From positions 128 to 64,127 of the forward strand of contig DASXCJ010000028.1 in NCBI GenBank assembly GCA_036491175.1: a stretch of 64,000 bases of DNA. The letters are read 5' to 3'. This DNA comes from Rhizomicrobium sp. (GTDB lineage: Bacteria > Pseudomonadota > Alphaproteobacteria > Micropepsales > Micropepsaceae). The notes below the pieces were generated by a model. It was not told the origin of the DNA and did not search any database. It worked only from the letters and a program-made list of their open reading frames with translations. Below, piece by piece: positions 27,970 to 37,665 of the stretch; the stretch's first letter is position 1, and each line of letters begins with the position of its first letter. A program made the position numbers and the translations under genes.

Positions 27970-30309
27970 ATGGATCATTGGCAGGAGAATTTCGAGGCGG
28001 CGGCGCGCGCGGTCGCAGCCTTCTTCCGGCGCAATCGCGGCTGGCTGACCAAGCTCGGCATCGCGCTCGGCGTGGTGCTGATCCTGCCGATCCTGGCGAT
28101 CTACATGCTGCCCGTGGTGCTCGGCTGGTTCGCGCCGCCGATCGACAACACCAAGGATCTCTATTCGGTCAACCGCCCCATCGCCTTCACCTTCCTCGAC
28201 GCGGACGGGCGCGAGGTCGGCCATCGCGGCGCGCTCGTCGGCGACCGGCTCACCTTGGAGCAGATGCCCGCCTACCTGCCCGCGGCCTTCATCGCGATGG
28301 AGGACCGCAATTTCTACCATCACAACGGCATCGACCCCAAAGGGCTGATGCGCGCGATCTATCTCGACATCCGCGCCCGCCACATGGTGGCCGGCGGCTC
28401 GACCATCACCCAGCAGACCGCCAAGATCATCTACACCTCGCAGGAGCGCACCTTCTCGCGCAAGATGCAGGAGCTGATGGACGCCGCGCGGCTGGAGAAG
28501 TCGCTCTCCAAGAAGCAGATCCTGGAGCTCTATCTCAACCGCATCTATCTGGGCTCGGGCGCCTACGGCGTCGACGGCGCGGCGCATGTCTATTTCAACA
28601 AGAGCGCGCGCGATCTCACCCTCTCCGAAGCCGCGATGCTGGCGACGCTCACCACCGCGCCGTCGGTGTTCTCGCCGCGCCGCGATCTCGCCAAAGCACA
28701 GGCGCGCGCCCGCATCGTGCTGCACGCCATGGTCAAGGACGGCGCGATCACCAAGGAGGACGCGGCCAAGGCCGACGCCGCGCCCGCCGCCGTCGCCGAT
28801 CACACCCAGACCGACGCGCGCAACTACTATCTCGACACCGCCGCCGACGAGGCGACCAAGCTCATCGCCGGCGCGGGCGGCAATCCGCCCACCTCCGACC
28901 TCGTCGTCCACACCGCGCTCGAGCCGCAGCTCGACGAGGCGGCGCGCCACGCCGTCGCCCGCGTGCTGAACACCAAGGGCCCCAAGGCGCATGCCGGCGA
29001 AGCCGCCGTCGTCGTGATGAAGACCGACGGCGCGGTCGCGGCCCTGATCGGCGGGCGCGACTACGACGAGAGCACCTTCAACCGCGCCACCCAGGCCCAT
29101 CGCCAGCCCGGCTCGGCCTTCAAGCCCTTCGTCTATCTGGCGGCGCTGGAGAACGGCATCTCGCCCTGGGACGTGCGCGACGATGGGCCCGTGGACATCG
29201 ACGGTTGGACGCCCACCAATTTCGGCGGCCGCTCCTATGGCTCGCTCACGCTTGCGTCGGCGCTGGCGCATTCGGTGAACACCATCACCGCGAGCCTCGC
29301 CCAGGAAGTCGGCATCTCCAGCGTGGTGGAAGCGGCGCAGCGCTGCGGCATCACCTCGGCGCTGGAGCAAAACGCGTCGCTCGCGCTCGGCACCAGCGAA
29401 GTCACGCCGCTGGAATTGACGACGGCCTACGGCACCTTCGCCAGCGGGGGGTTGCGCGTCTATCCCTATCTCGTCACCGAGGTCGACGATTCCAACGGCC
29501 ATCCCATCTATCGCCGCAAACCGCCGGAGCCCAACCGCGTCGTCGCGAGCCATGTGAACAAGGACCTGGTGATGATGCTGAACGGCGTCGTCATCGGCGG
29601 AACGGGGCGCGGGGCCGCGATCCCGAACCATCCCGCCGCCGGCAAGACCGGCACGACGCAGGATTATCACGACGCCTGGTTCGTCGGCTTCACCGCCGAT
29701 TACGTGACCGGCGTGTGGGTGGGCAACGACGATTCCTCGCCCATGCGCAACGTGACGGGCGGCAGCCTGCCGGCCGACATCTGGAAAGGCGTGATGAGCT
29801 TCGCGGAGAAGGACCTGCCGTCCAAGCCGCTCGACATGTCGCCCGCCACGCCGCCCGTGACGGACGATACCGACCAGACCATCTATGGCGGCTCCGGCGA
29901 CGACGAGAACGCGATGGGCGGCGACGACGAGCGCGCCACCGGCGGCGGATCGTCCGTTACGGGAGCCGCGGTGGGCGACGACGAAGCCCCCGCGCCGCGC
30001 CAGCGCCCGCCGCAGCAGAAAGGCGGCTTCTTCGATTGGCTGTTCGGCGGCAACGGCCAGCCGCCGCAACAGCAACCACCCCCGGCCTACAATTCCGGCC
30101 CGCCTTCAGCCTACACAGCGCCGCAGCCGGGCTACGGCCCGCCGCCCGCCACGCAGCCGCAAACCGGCTACGGCCCGCCCCCGGGTTACGCGCCCGCGCC
30201 GCGCCGCCCCGCCGTCACCCCGCGCGACAACAACGACCAGCCGCCGTCGGATCCGAGCGACCAGAACAACAACGACCAGGCCCCGCAGGACAACGGCGAT
30301 CACAACTAA
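27970..30309 (+). CDS. Class A penicillin-binding protein (PBP1A family transglycosylase/transpeptidase)
   Basis: N-terminal TM; EDRNFYHHNGID, GGSTITQQTAK, ILELYLNRIYLG; SAFK, SVN and KTGT motifs; Pro/Gln-rich tail. Confidence 0.95.
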   Translation: MDHWQENFEAAARAVAAFFRRNRGWLTKLGIALGVVLILPILAIYMLPVVLGWFAPPIDNTKDLYSVNRPIAFTFLDADGREVGHRGALVGDRLTLEQMPAYLPAAFIAMEDRNFYHHNGIDPKGLMRAIYLDIRARHMVAGGSTITQQTAKIIYTSQERTFSRKMQELMDAARLEKSLSKKQILELYLNRIYLGSGAYGVDGAAHVYFNKSARDLTLSEAAMLATLTTAPSVFSPRRDLAKAQARARIVLHAMVKDGAITKEDAAKADAAPAAVADHTQTDARNYYLDTAADEATKLIAGAGGNPPTSDLVVHTALEPQLDEAARHAVARVLNTKGPKAHAGEAAVVVMKTDGAVAALIGGRDYDESTFNRATQAHRQPGSAFKPFVYLAALENGISPWDVRDDGPVDIDGWTPTNFGGRSYGSLTLASALAHSVNTITASLAQEVGISSVVEAAQRCGITSALEQNASLALGTSEVTPLELTTAYGTFASGGLRVYPYLVTEVDDSNGHPIYRRKPPEPNRVVASHVNKDLVMMLNGVVIGGTGRGAAIPNHPAAGKTGTTQDYHDAWFVGFTADYVTGVWVGNDDSSPMRNVTGGSLPADIWKGVMSFAEKDLPSKPLDMSPATPPVTDDTDQTIYGGSGDDENAMGGDDERATGGGSSVTGAAVGDDEAPAPRQRPPQQKGGFFDWLFGGNGQPPQQQPPPAYNSGPPSAYTAPQPGYGPPPATQPQTGYGPPPGYAPAPRRPAVTPRDNNDQPPSDPSDQNNNDQAPQDNGDHN

Positions 30310-30310
30310 A

Positions 30311-30459
30311 CCTGCACCTCCCCCTTGTGGGGAGGTCGAAAACGCGCAACGTTTTCGGGTAGGGGGCGGAACGCACCGTCCGCAGCGGCCCCCTACCCGA
30401 AAAATCTCTTCGCTGCGCTACGAGATTTTGTCGACCTCCCCACAAGGGGGAGGTGCAGG
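30311..30459. repeat. MITE-like palindromic element, family B variant
   Basis: Perfect TIRs CCTGCACCTCCCCCTTGTGGGGAGGTCGA / TCGACCTCCCCACAAGGGGGAGGTGCAGG. Confidence 0.85.
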
Positions 30460-30490
30460 AATGTGCTAAGCTCCGTCGAGGGGCCCGCGC

Positions 30491-31069
30491 ATGAACATCG
30501 TCGTCAAATCCACCGTTGCGGTCGCGATCGGCATCCTGCTTGGGCTCGGGCTCACCTGGCTTGCCGTGGTGAAGGGCGCCATGCCCGGCGGCGTCCAGGA
30601 CGGTCCCTGGCGCAGCAGCCTCGCCATCGGATCGGCGAACGGCAATGCGCTCACCCGGGCGCGCGTCGCGCTGCACGGGCTGCTCGCGCTCAACCGCACC
30701 GAGACGCTCTATTACACCGCGAGCGAGGACAGCGCCGGCGCGCCGCTCGACGGGGCCTGCGCCTATGCGCTCGGCGGCCGCGACCCCGATGCGCGGTGGT
30801 GGAGCATCACCGCCTACGGCCCCGACGACTACCTGATCCCGAACGTGGCGCATGCCTATTCGGTGTCGCGGAATTCCATCCAGCGCGCGGCGGACGGTTC
30901 GTTCCGCGCCACGGTCTCGATGCGGCCGCCCGAGCGCGGCAACGAGCGCAACTGGATCGCGCTCGCGCCCGGCCGCTTCACGCTCACACTCCGGCTCTAC
31001 AATCCCGGCGCGAAGATCGATCCCGTGCATACCCCGCTCCCCAGCATCGCCAAGGAGAGCTGCTCATGA
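30491..31069 (+). CDS. DUF1214-domain protein
   Basis: N-terminal TM, RARVA..GLLAL...ETLYYTA..DSAGAPLDG.C.Y, ARWWSITAY, NWI, FTLTLRLYNP. Confidence 0.8.
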   Translation: MNIVVKSTVAVAIGILLGLGLTWLAVVKGAMPGGVQDGPWRSSLAIGSANGNALTRARVALHGLLALNRTETLYYTASEDSAGAPLDGACAYALGGRDPDARWWSITAYGPDDYLIPNVAHAYSVSRNSIQRAADGSFRATVSMRPPERGNERNWIALAPGRFTLTLRLYNPGAKIDPVHTPLPSIAKESCS

Positions 31070-31599
31070 TGCGCTGGCTCGGCTGGATCGCACTTGTGCT
31101 CGCCATCGCGACGGTCACCCATCTGGCGAGCGTCCACCATCTGCCCCATGTCGTCATGAACCGGGCGATGGCGCGGATGGGCGACGTCAACACCATCCAT
31201 CACGGCGCGCGCGCCAGCGCGGAGAAACAGGGCGTGGTGCGCCCTTCGCCGGACCTGCTCTATTCGGTGTGCCCGTTCGACCTGTCGAAAGGCGCGCTGC
31301 ATGTCACCGCGCCGGTGCCGCCCGGCACATACTGGTCCGTGTCGATGTTCGACAGCGAGACGAACAATTTCTTCGTCCTGAACGACCGCCAGGCGAAAGG
31401 CAGCGTCGATCTTCTTGTCGTGCCGAAGGACTGGGAGAAGCCGATGCCGGGAACAGTCGTCCACGCACCCAGCACCCGCGGCCTCGTTCTCTTCCGCACC
31501 TTGGTGAACGACGAGAAGAACCTCGCCGCCATCGACGCGGCGCGAAAACAAGCGAAGTGCGGAACGCTAGCCCACCTCCCCCTTGCGGGGAGGCCGTAA
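31066..31599 (+). CDS. DUF1254-domain protein
   Basis: N-terminal TM, VVRPSPDLLYSVCPFDLSKG, YWSVSMFD..TNNFFVLND, GLVLFRTL; ATGA-coupled to the DUF1214 gene. Confidence 0.8.
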   Translation: MMRWLGWIALVLAIATVTHLASVHHLPHVVMNRAMARMGDVNTIHHGARASAEKQGVVRPSPDLLYSVCPFDLSKGALHVTAPVPPGTYWSVSMFDSETNNFFVLNDRQAKGSVDLLVVPKDWEKPMPGTVVHAPSTRGLVLFRTLVNDEKNLAAIDAARKQAKCGTLAHLPLAGRP

Positions 31600-31696
31600 C
31601 GCGCAGCGTTACGGGGGGGCGGCACGCGTGGCCCACCCCCACCCGATAAATCTCTTCGCTGCGCTTCGTGATTTATCGACCTCCCCTCAGGGGAGA
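31573..31696. repeat. Family B variant element overlapping the 3' end of the DUF1254 gene
   Basis: CACCTCCCCCTTGCGGGGAGG ... AAATCTCTTCGCTGCGCT ... TCGACCTCCCCTCAGGGGAG, homologous to 30311-30459. Confidence 0.8.
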
Positions 31697-31698
31697 CG

Positions 31699-32163
31699 TC
31701 AATGCAGATACGCCAGTCCCGGCGCAAGATTGGGCATGTGGTCGCTCAGCAGCAGCGGCGGCTGGCCGATGCCGCGCAGGACGCCGTCCATCGCGGTGAT
31801 GAGGCGCGAGGGCTCGATCGGCTTCACATAGAGGCCGGCGAAGCCCACCTGGCGGTAATCCTCCTCGCTCCAGCGCGCGTCGTTGTCCGTCACCGCCAGG
31901 ATCGGCACGCGCCATTGCGGCGTGGCCTGCATCGCCTCGAAGGCGGCGAGTTCGTCGGCGGTGTGGAGGTCGAAATCCATCAGCACGATGTCGACATCGC
32001 AGCGCCGGAACAGCGCCAGCGCCTGGGCGGCGGTGGCCGCGAACAGGGCCTCGGCGCCGACCACGTCGAAACAGGCTTGCAGCAACTTGCGTTGCACCGC
32101 ATCCTCTTCGACGCAGAGGGCGCGAAACGGTTCGGCGCGGGCGGCGAAGTGCAGCATCGGCAC
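31699..32163 (-). CDS. Single-domain response regulator (receiver)
   Basis: LCVEED, DIVLMD, PILAVT, YVKP receiver motifs. Confidence 0.8.
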   Translation of the reverse strand: MPMLHFAARAEPFRALCVEEDAVQRKLLQACFDVVGAEALFAATAAQALALFRRCDVDIVLMDFDLHTADELAAFEAMQATPQWRVPILAVTDNDARWSEEDYRQVGFAGLYVKPIEPSRLITAMDGVLRGIGQPPLLLSDHMPNLAPGLAYLH

Positions 32164-32280
32164 AATCCTTCAAGTTGCCATAAACGCAAGCGATCCCGAC
32201 CAGCGGTTGTTCCCCGCTTCCTTGCATAGTCAGAAAGCGTACCTAATAAACAGTTTCCGGATTCGCTCGCATTGAAGGGG

Positions 32281-33240
32281 ATGAAGATGCGTTTCGTCAC
32301 GATCGCCGCCGCCGCGTTCGCCTTGGCCGCGCAGGCCGCGCCGCTCGTCGCGCCGGCACACGTCACGTTCGTGACGGACTGGAAGGCGCAGGCCGAGCAT
32401 GGCGGCTTCTATGAGGCGCAGGCGCTCGGCCTCTACGCCAAGGCCGGGCTCGACGTGAAGATCCTGGAAGGCGGGCCGAGCGTGAACGTGCCGCAATTGC
32501 TGGCCGGCGGCGCGGCGGATTTCGGCATCGGTTCCAACGGGTTCATCCCGCTCAACATGGTGCGCGCGGGCGTGCCGGTGAAGGCGGTGATGGCGGTGTT
32601 CCAGAAGGATCCGCAGATCCTGATGACGCATCCGCGCGGCGACGTGCGCTCCCTCGCCGGCATGAAAGGCAAGCCGATCATGATCGCCGACGCCTCGGTC
32701 ACCGCCTTCTGGCCATGGCTGAAAGCGCGCTACGGTTTCGCCGACACGCAGATCCGCAAATACACCTTCAACCTCGCGCCCTTCCTCGTCGATCCGAACG
32801 CGATCCAGGAGGGCTATCTGACCAGCGAGCCCTACACGGTGGAGAACACCGCGCATTTCAAGCCGCAAGTGTTCCTGCTCGCCGACAACGGCTATCCCGG
32901 CTACGCCAACATGGTGATGGTCCCGCAGAAGTGGATCGATGCGAACCCGCGCGCCGTGCAGGCCTTCGTCGACGCCACGCGCGAAGGCTGGAGGCAATAT
33001 CTCTTCGCCAATCCCGCGCCTGCCAACGCCCTCATCAAGCGCGACAACGCCGAGATGACCGACGGCCTGATCGCCCAAGCCATCGCCAAGATGAAAAGCT
33101 ACGGGTTGGTGACGCCGGACCACATCGGCGCCATGACCGGCGCCCGCTGGAAACTCTTCTTCGACGCCATGTCGAGCGAAGGCCTGTACCCGAAGAACCT
33201 CGACTACAAGAAGGCCTATGATTTAAGATTCGCGCGGTAG
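32281..33240 (+). CDS. ABC transporter substrate-binding protein, NMT1/THI5 family
   Basis: Signal peptide, TDWKAQAEHGGFYEA...GLDV.I.EGGP.VN. Confidence 0.9.
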   Translation: MKMRFVTIAAAAFALAAQAAPLVAPAHVTFVTDWKAQAEHGGFYEAQALGLYAKAGLDVKILEGGPSVNVPQLLAGGAADFGIGSNGFIPLNMVRAGVPVKAVMAVFQKDPQILMTHPRGDVRSLAGMKGKPIMIADASVTAFWPWLKARYGFADTQIRKYTFNLAPFLVDPNAIQEGYLTSEPYTVENTAHFKPQVFLLADNGYPGYANMVMVPQKWIDANPRAVQAFVDATREGWRQYLFANPAPANALIKRDNAEMTDGLIAQAIAKMKSYGLVTPDHIGAMTGARWKLFFDAMSSEGLYPKNLDYKKAYDLRFAR

Positions 33241-33258
33241 CTCTGGACACCAACCTCT

Positions 33259-33640
33259 GTGTCATGGCCCGCGAATGCGGGCCACCCAGGTGACACAATG
33301 AAAATGCCAAAGGCCTATTATGTCTACATACTTGCAAGCCGCAGGAACGGCACCCTCTACATCGGCGTGACGGGCGACCTGCGCAAACGCGTCGGCCAGC
33401 ATCGCGAAGGCCTCGCTCCCGGCTTTACCAAAGACCACAACGTCAGGCTGCTCGTCTACTACGAGGAATTCCGCAACATCGACGATGCCATCCGCCGCGA
33501 AAGCCGCCTGAAAAAATACAAGCGGGAGTGGAAAATCAATCTGATTCAGGAGAAGAATAAGGAATGGGCGGATTTGTTCGAAGGCTTGCCATATTGAGTC
33601 TGGCGTCACCTGGGTGGCCCGCATTCGCGGGCCATGACAC
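33259..33640. mobile_element. Family A perfect 36-bp inverted repeats enclosing a GIY-YIG nuclease gene, inserted in an ABC operon
   Basis: 33259-33294 is the exact reverse complement of 33605-33640; the only content between them is the nuclease gene. Confidence 0.75.
33298..33597 (+). CDS. GIY-YIG endonuclease (small stand-alone YhbQ/UPF0213-like)
   Basis: YYVYILASRRNGTLYIGVTGDLRKRVGQHR...FTK...LVYYEEF..IDDAIRRESRLKKYKREWKINLI..N..W.DL; catalytic Tyr, Arg and Glu appear intact. Confidence 0.95.
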   Translation: MKMPKAYYVYILASRRNGTLYIGVTGDLRKRVGQHREGLAPGFTKDHNVRLLVYYEEFRNIDDAIRRESRLKKYKREWKINLIQEKNKEWADLFEGLPY

Positions 33641-33658
33641 GGTTTTCTGCGCGGCGCG

Positions 33659-34399
33659 ATGACCCTCCTCTCCCTCTCCCATATCGCCAAGACTTTCGAC
33701 AACGGCGTCGAGGCCGTCGGCGGCGTCACGCTTTCGGTGCGCGAGGGCGAGTTCCTCTCGCTCGTGGGACCGAGCGGGTGCGGGAAGTCGACCGTGCTGC
33801 GCATCGTCGCGGGGCTGCTCAAGCCGGATGCCGGCGCGGTGGAGTTTCCGCAAGGCCGCCCGGAGATCGGCTTCGTGTTCCAGGAGCCGACCTTGATGCC
33901 GTGGGCGCGCGTTCATGCGAACGCGCGGCTGCCGCTCGACCTGAAGCACGCGCCGGACGCCGGCGCGCGCGCCGCCGCGGCGCTGGCGCGCGTGGGGCTG
34001 TCCGGTTTCGAACGCGCCTTTCCCCGCGAACTCTCCGGCGGAATGAAGATGCGCGTCTCCATCGCCCGCGCGCTCGCGGCGGGGCCGAAGCTGCTGTTGA
34101 TGGACGAGCCCTTCGCGGCGCTGGACGAGATCACCCGCCAGGCGCTGAACGACGACCTGCTCAAGCTCGCCCGCGAGGACGGCATCACCGTCATTTTCGT
34201 CACCCATTCGGTCTATGAGAGCGCCTATCTCTCCGACCGCGTGGTGGTGATGACACAGCGCCCCGGCCGGGTGGCGGCGCAGATGGCGCTCGCCCCGCCG
34301 TCCACGCGCGACGCGCAATACCGGCTCACCCCGCAATTCGCGCAGAGCGCCGGGCGCATCTCCGCGGCGATGGCGGACGCCGCGCGGGTGGCGGCATGA
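33659..34399 (+). CDS. ABC transporter ATP-binding protein (nitrate/sulfonate-type)
   Basis: [39 protein letters not shown]. Confidence 0.95.
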   Translation: MTLLSLSHIAKTFDNGVEAVGGVTLSVREGEFLSLVGPSGCGKSTVLRIVAGLLKPDAGAVEFPQGRPEIGFVFQEPTLMPWARVHANARLPLDLKHAPDAGARAAAALARVGLSGFERAFPRELSGGMKMRVSIARALAAGPKLLLMDEPFAALDEITRQALNDDLLKLAREDGITVIFVTHSVYESAYLSDRVVVMTQRPGRVAAQMALAPPSTRDAQYRLTPQFAQSAGRISAAMADAARVAA

Positions 34400-35178
34400 A
34401 CGCGCTGCGCATCGTCATCCCGCTGGCGCTGGGCGTGGCTGCCATCGCGCTGTGGCAATTCCTCGTCCGCCACTACGGCGTCGCCGAATATCTGCTGCCC
34501 GCGCCGAGCGCGATCTGGCCCGGCTTCACGGAGAGCTTCGCCGAGCTGATGTCGGCGCTGTGGACCACGCTCCAGGTGACGTGGCTCGCCTTCTTCTTCG
34601 CCTTCGCCGGCGCGATGCTGCTGGCCATCGTCTTCAATCTCAGCCGCACGGTGGAGATGGCGCTGTTCCCCTACGCCGTCGTGCTGCAGGTGACGCCGAT
34701 GGTCTCCATCGCGCCCTTGATCCTCATCTGGGTCGGCTATGAGCGGGTGGAGGCGGCGGCGGTGCTCATCGCCACCATCGTGGCGTTCTTCCCCATCCTC
34801 TCCAACGCGACGCTCGGCTTGCGCGCGGCGGACGCCAACCTCAACGACCTGTTCCGGCTCCATGGCGCTTCGCGCTGGCAGCGGCTGGTGCGGCTGCAGC
34901 TTCCCGCGGCGCTGCCCTACATCCTGTCCGGCGTGAAGGTGGCCGGCGGGCTGGCGCTGATCGGCGCCATCGTCGCCGAATTCGTGGCGGGCTCCGGCAC
35001 GGCCACGGGCCTGGGCTGGGTCATCACCGAGACCGGACGCAACCTCCAGATCGCCAAGATGTTCGCGGCCTTGGCGCTGCTTTCCGCCGTCGGCGTCGCC
35101 AATTTCTACCTTCTGACCTTCGTGGAATGGCTGCTGCTGCATCGCTGGCACGAGAGCGCGATTAAAACGCAGAATTAG
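34396..35178 (+). CDS. ABC transporter permease
   Basis: Multiple TMs, LPAPS, FFPILSN..LGL, GASRWQ...[16 protein letters not shown]. Confidence 0.9.
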   Translation: MNALRIVIPLALGVAAIALWQFLVRHYGVAEYLLPAPSAIWPGFTESFAELMSALWTTLQVTWLAFFFAFAGAMLLAIVFNLSRTVEMALFPYAVVLQVTPMVSIAPLILIWVGYERVEAAAVLIATIVAFFPILSNATLGLRAADANLNDLFRLHGASRWQRLVRLQLPAALPYILSGVKVAGGLALIGAIVAEFVAGSGTATGLGWVITETGRNLQIAKMFAALALLSAVGVANFYLLTFVEWLLLHRWHESAIKTQN

Positions 35179-35252
35179 TGTATAATTTCACGAATAACAT
35201 ATCGGCCATGTGATCTATTGAATTGCCCGGTGGGAATTGCGACTTTCCCTCC

Positions 35253-35558
35253 ATGGCCACGCTCCCGCTCCAAGCCCTCACTGCCAATCGCCTGCGCGAC
35301 GGCGAGGTCGTCTATTGGCGCGATGGCGGCTGGGACGAAACCTTCGTGACGGCCGAGGTCTTCGCCAGCAAGGACGAGGCCGATGCGGCGCTGGCCCGCG
35401 CGGCCGCCGACGTGAAGGCGCGGCTGATCGTCAGCCCCTATCTCTTTCCCGTGCGCTTCGAGGCCGAGCGGCTGCGCGCCGTGGAAGAGCGCGAGATCGT
35501 GCGCAGCGAAGGCCCGAGCGTGCGGCGCGATCTCGGCAAGCAGGCTTCGCATGTATAG
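35253..35558 (+). CDS. DUF2849-domain protein (sulfite reductase associated)
   Basis: LTANRLRDGEVVYW...RE.VR.EGPSV; overlaps the cysI start. Confidence 0.85.
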   Translation: MATLPLQALTANRLRDGEVVYWRDGGWDETFVTAEVFASKDEADAALARAAADVKARLIVSPYLFPVRFEAERLRAVEEREIVRSEGPSVRRDLGKQASHV

Positions 35559-37194
35559 GTATGACGAGTTCGACGCCCGCTTCGTGCGCGAACGCGTGGA
35601 CCAGTTCCGCTATCAGGTGGAGCGCCGCCTCTCGGGCGAATTGACCGAGGACGAGTTCAAGCCGCTGCGCCTGATGAACGGACTCTATTTGCAGCTCCAC
35701 GCCTATATGCTGCGCATCGCCGTGCCCTACGGCACCTTGTCGTCGCGGCAATTGCGCCGCCTCGCCCATATCGCGCGCAGATACGACAAGGGCTACGGCC
35801 ATTTCACCACGCGCCAGAACCTGCAATTCAACTGGATCAAGCTGGTCGACGTGCCGGACGCGCTGGCCGCGCTTGCCGAGGTGGAGATGCACTGCCTGCA
35901 GACCTCCGGCAATTGCATCCGCAACGTCACCGCCGATCATTTCGCCGGCGCCGCAGCCGACGAGATCGAAGATCCGCGGCCGCTGGCCGAGATCATCCGC
36001 CAATGGTCGAGCCTGCATCCGGAATTCACCTACCTGCCGCGCAAGTTCAAGATCGCGGTGGGCGGAGCCGCGCATGACCGCGCCGCGCTGAAATTCCACG
36101 ACGTCGCGGTCGAGATCGTGAAGAACGACGCAGGCGAGACCGGCTATCGCGTGATGGCGGGCGGCGGCATGGGGCGCACGCCCTATGTCGGCCATGTCGT
36201 CGGCGAATTCGTGGCGCGCGCGGACATCCTCGCCTTCCTCGAAGCGGTGATGCGCGTCTACAACCAGTCCGGCCGCCGCGACAACATCTACAAGGCGCGC
36301 ATCAAGATCCTCGTCAACGCGCTGGGCGTGGACGAGATGAAGAAGCTGATCGCGCGGGAATTCGCCGAGATCAAAGAGGCGGGGACTTTGCAGCTTCCGC
36401 GCGAAGAGCTCGACCGCATCGCGGCCTATTTCGCGCCGCCCGAATTCGAGGCGCTCGCGGACGAGACGCCGGTCTCGGACGACCCGGATTTCGCCGATTG
36501 GACGCGCAACAACATCGCCAAGCATCGCACCTCCGGCTACGCCATCGCCACCCTCTCGCTCAAGCCCATCGGCGGCGTGCCGGGCGACGCCAGCGCCGGG
36601 CAATTGGACGCCATCGCCGATCTGATGGACGAATACGGCATGGCGGAAATCCGCGTCAGTCACGAACAGAACCTCGTCCTGCCGCATGTGAAGAAGCGCG
36701 ACCTGCCCGCGATCCATGCGCGGCTGAAGGCGCTGGGGCTCGCCACGCCCAATGCCGGCCTCGTCACCGACATCATCGCCTGCCCCGGCCTCGACTATTG
36801 CGACCTCGCCAATGCGCGCGCGATCCCCGTCGCGCAGGCGATCTCCGAGCGCTTCGCCGATCTCGACCGCCAGCATGAGATCGGCGAGCTGAAGATCAAG
36901 ATCTCCGGCTGCATCAACGCCTGCGGCCATCATCACGCCGGCCATATCGGCATCTTGGGCGTCGACAAGAAGGGCGTGGAATTCTACCAGCTCCAATTGG
37001 GCGGCTCGGGCGCGGAGGATGCCAGCATCGGCGAAATCCTCGGCCCCGCATTCGCCGCGCACGAGATCGTCGACAAGGTCGAGGAGGTGATCGGCGTCTA
37101 CCTCGCCCGTCGCGAGCACGACGAGCGCTTCCTCGACACCGTGCGCCGCATCGGCATCGTCCCCTTCAAGGAGCGCGTCTATGCCGCTCATTAA
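35551..37194 (+). CDS. cysI: Nitrite/sulfite reductase hemoprotein
   Basis: MYRYDEFD, LRLMNGLYLQLHAYMLR, HFTTRQN, QTSGNCIRN, LPRKFK, CPGLDYC, SGCINACGHH. Confidence 0.93.
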   Translation: MYRYDEFDARFVRERVDQFRYQVERRLSGELTEDEFKPLRLMNGLYLQLHAYMLRIAVPYGTLSSRQLRRLAHIARRYDKGYGHFTTRQNLQFNWIKLVDVPDALAALAEVEMHCLQTSGNCIRNVTADHFAGAAADEIEDPRPLAEIIRQWSSLHPEFTYLPRKFKIAVGGAAHDRAALKFHDVAVEIVKNDAGETGYRVMAGGGMGRTPYVGHVVGEFVARADILAFLEAVMRVYNQSGRRDNIYKARIKILVNALGVDEMKKLIAREFAEIKEAGTLQLPREELDRIAAYFAPPEFEALADETPVSDDPDFADWTRNNIAKHRTSGYAIATLSLKPIGGVPGDASAGQLDAIADLMDEYGMAEIRVSHEQNLVLPHVKKRDLPAIHARLKALGLATPNAGLVTDIIACPGLDYCDLANARAIPVAQAISERFADLDRQHEIGELKIKISGCINACGHHHAGHIGILGVDKKGVEFYQLQLGGSGAEDASIGEILGPAFAAHEIVDKVEEVIGVYLARREHDERFLDTVRRIGIVPFKERVYAAH

Positions 37195-37660
37195 GAACGG
37201 CGCGGCCGCCGACGACACGTTCGTCACGATCGCCGACGACGCGCCCTTGCCCATCAACGGCACCATCGTCTCGCTTGCCCGCTTCCAGAGGGAGCGCGAC
37301 ACGCTGCTCGCCCGCAACGCGCCGCTCGGCGTGCGCCTCAAATCCGCGGAATCGCCGGAAGAATTGGGCGACGACGTCCACCGCCTGTCGCTGATCGTGC
37401 TGGAATTTCCGATCTTCCGCGACGGCCGCGCCTTCTCCTGGGCGCGGATGCTGCGCACCCGGCTGGGCTTCACCGGCGAGATCCGCGCGGCCGGCCACTT
37501 CCTCTACGACCAGCTCGCCTTCATGACCCGCGTCGGCTTCGACGCCTTCGAGGGCGACTTCACGCCGGCGCAGCTCGCCCGCGCACTCGGCGAGATCACC
37601 GACGCCTACCAACCCAGCGCCGATGGGCGCCGCACGATTCGCGATTTGCGGGCAAATTGA
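37181..37660 (+). CDS. DUF934-domain protein (sulfite reductase accessory)
   Basis: LEFP.FRDGRAFS.AR.LR...G.IRA.G....DQL.FM.RVGFDAF. Confidence 0.9.
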   Translation: MPLIKNGAAADDTFVTIADDAPLPINGTIVSLARFQRERDTLLARNAPLGVRLKSAESPEELGDDVHRLSLIVLEFPIFRDGRAFSWARMLRTRLGFTGEIRAAGHFLYDQLAFMTRVGFDAFEGDFTPAQLARALGEITDAYQPSADGRRTIRDLRAN

Positions 37661-37665
37661 CCTCG

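Noticed and set aside
30325-31065. 424-aa ORF 30325-31599 as one protein
   Set aside because: Its 5' part overlaps a MITE and the DUF1214 gene out of frame; the real start is 31066.
33259-33297. N-terminal extension MSWPANAGHPGD on the GIY-YIG ORF, and similar peptides at 37657, 3894-4895 and 38077-38430
   Set aside because: These are translations of the family A repeat itself, not genuine coding sequence.
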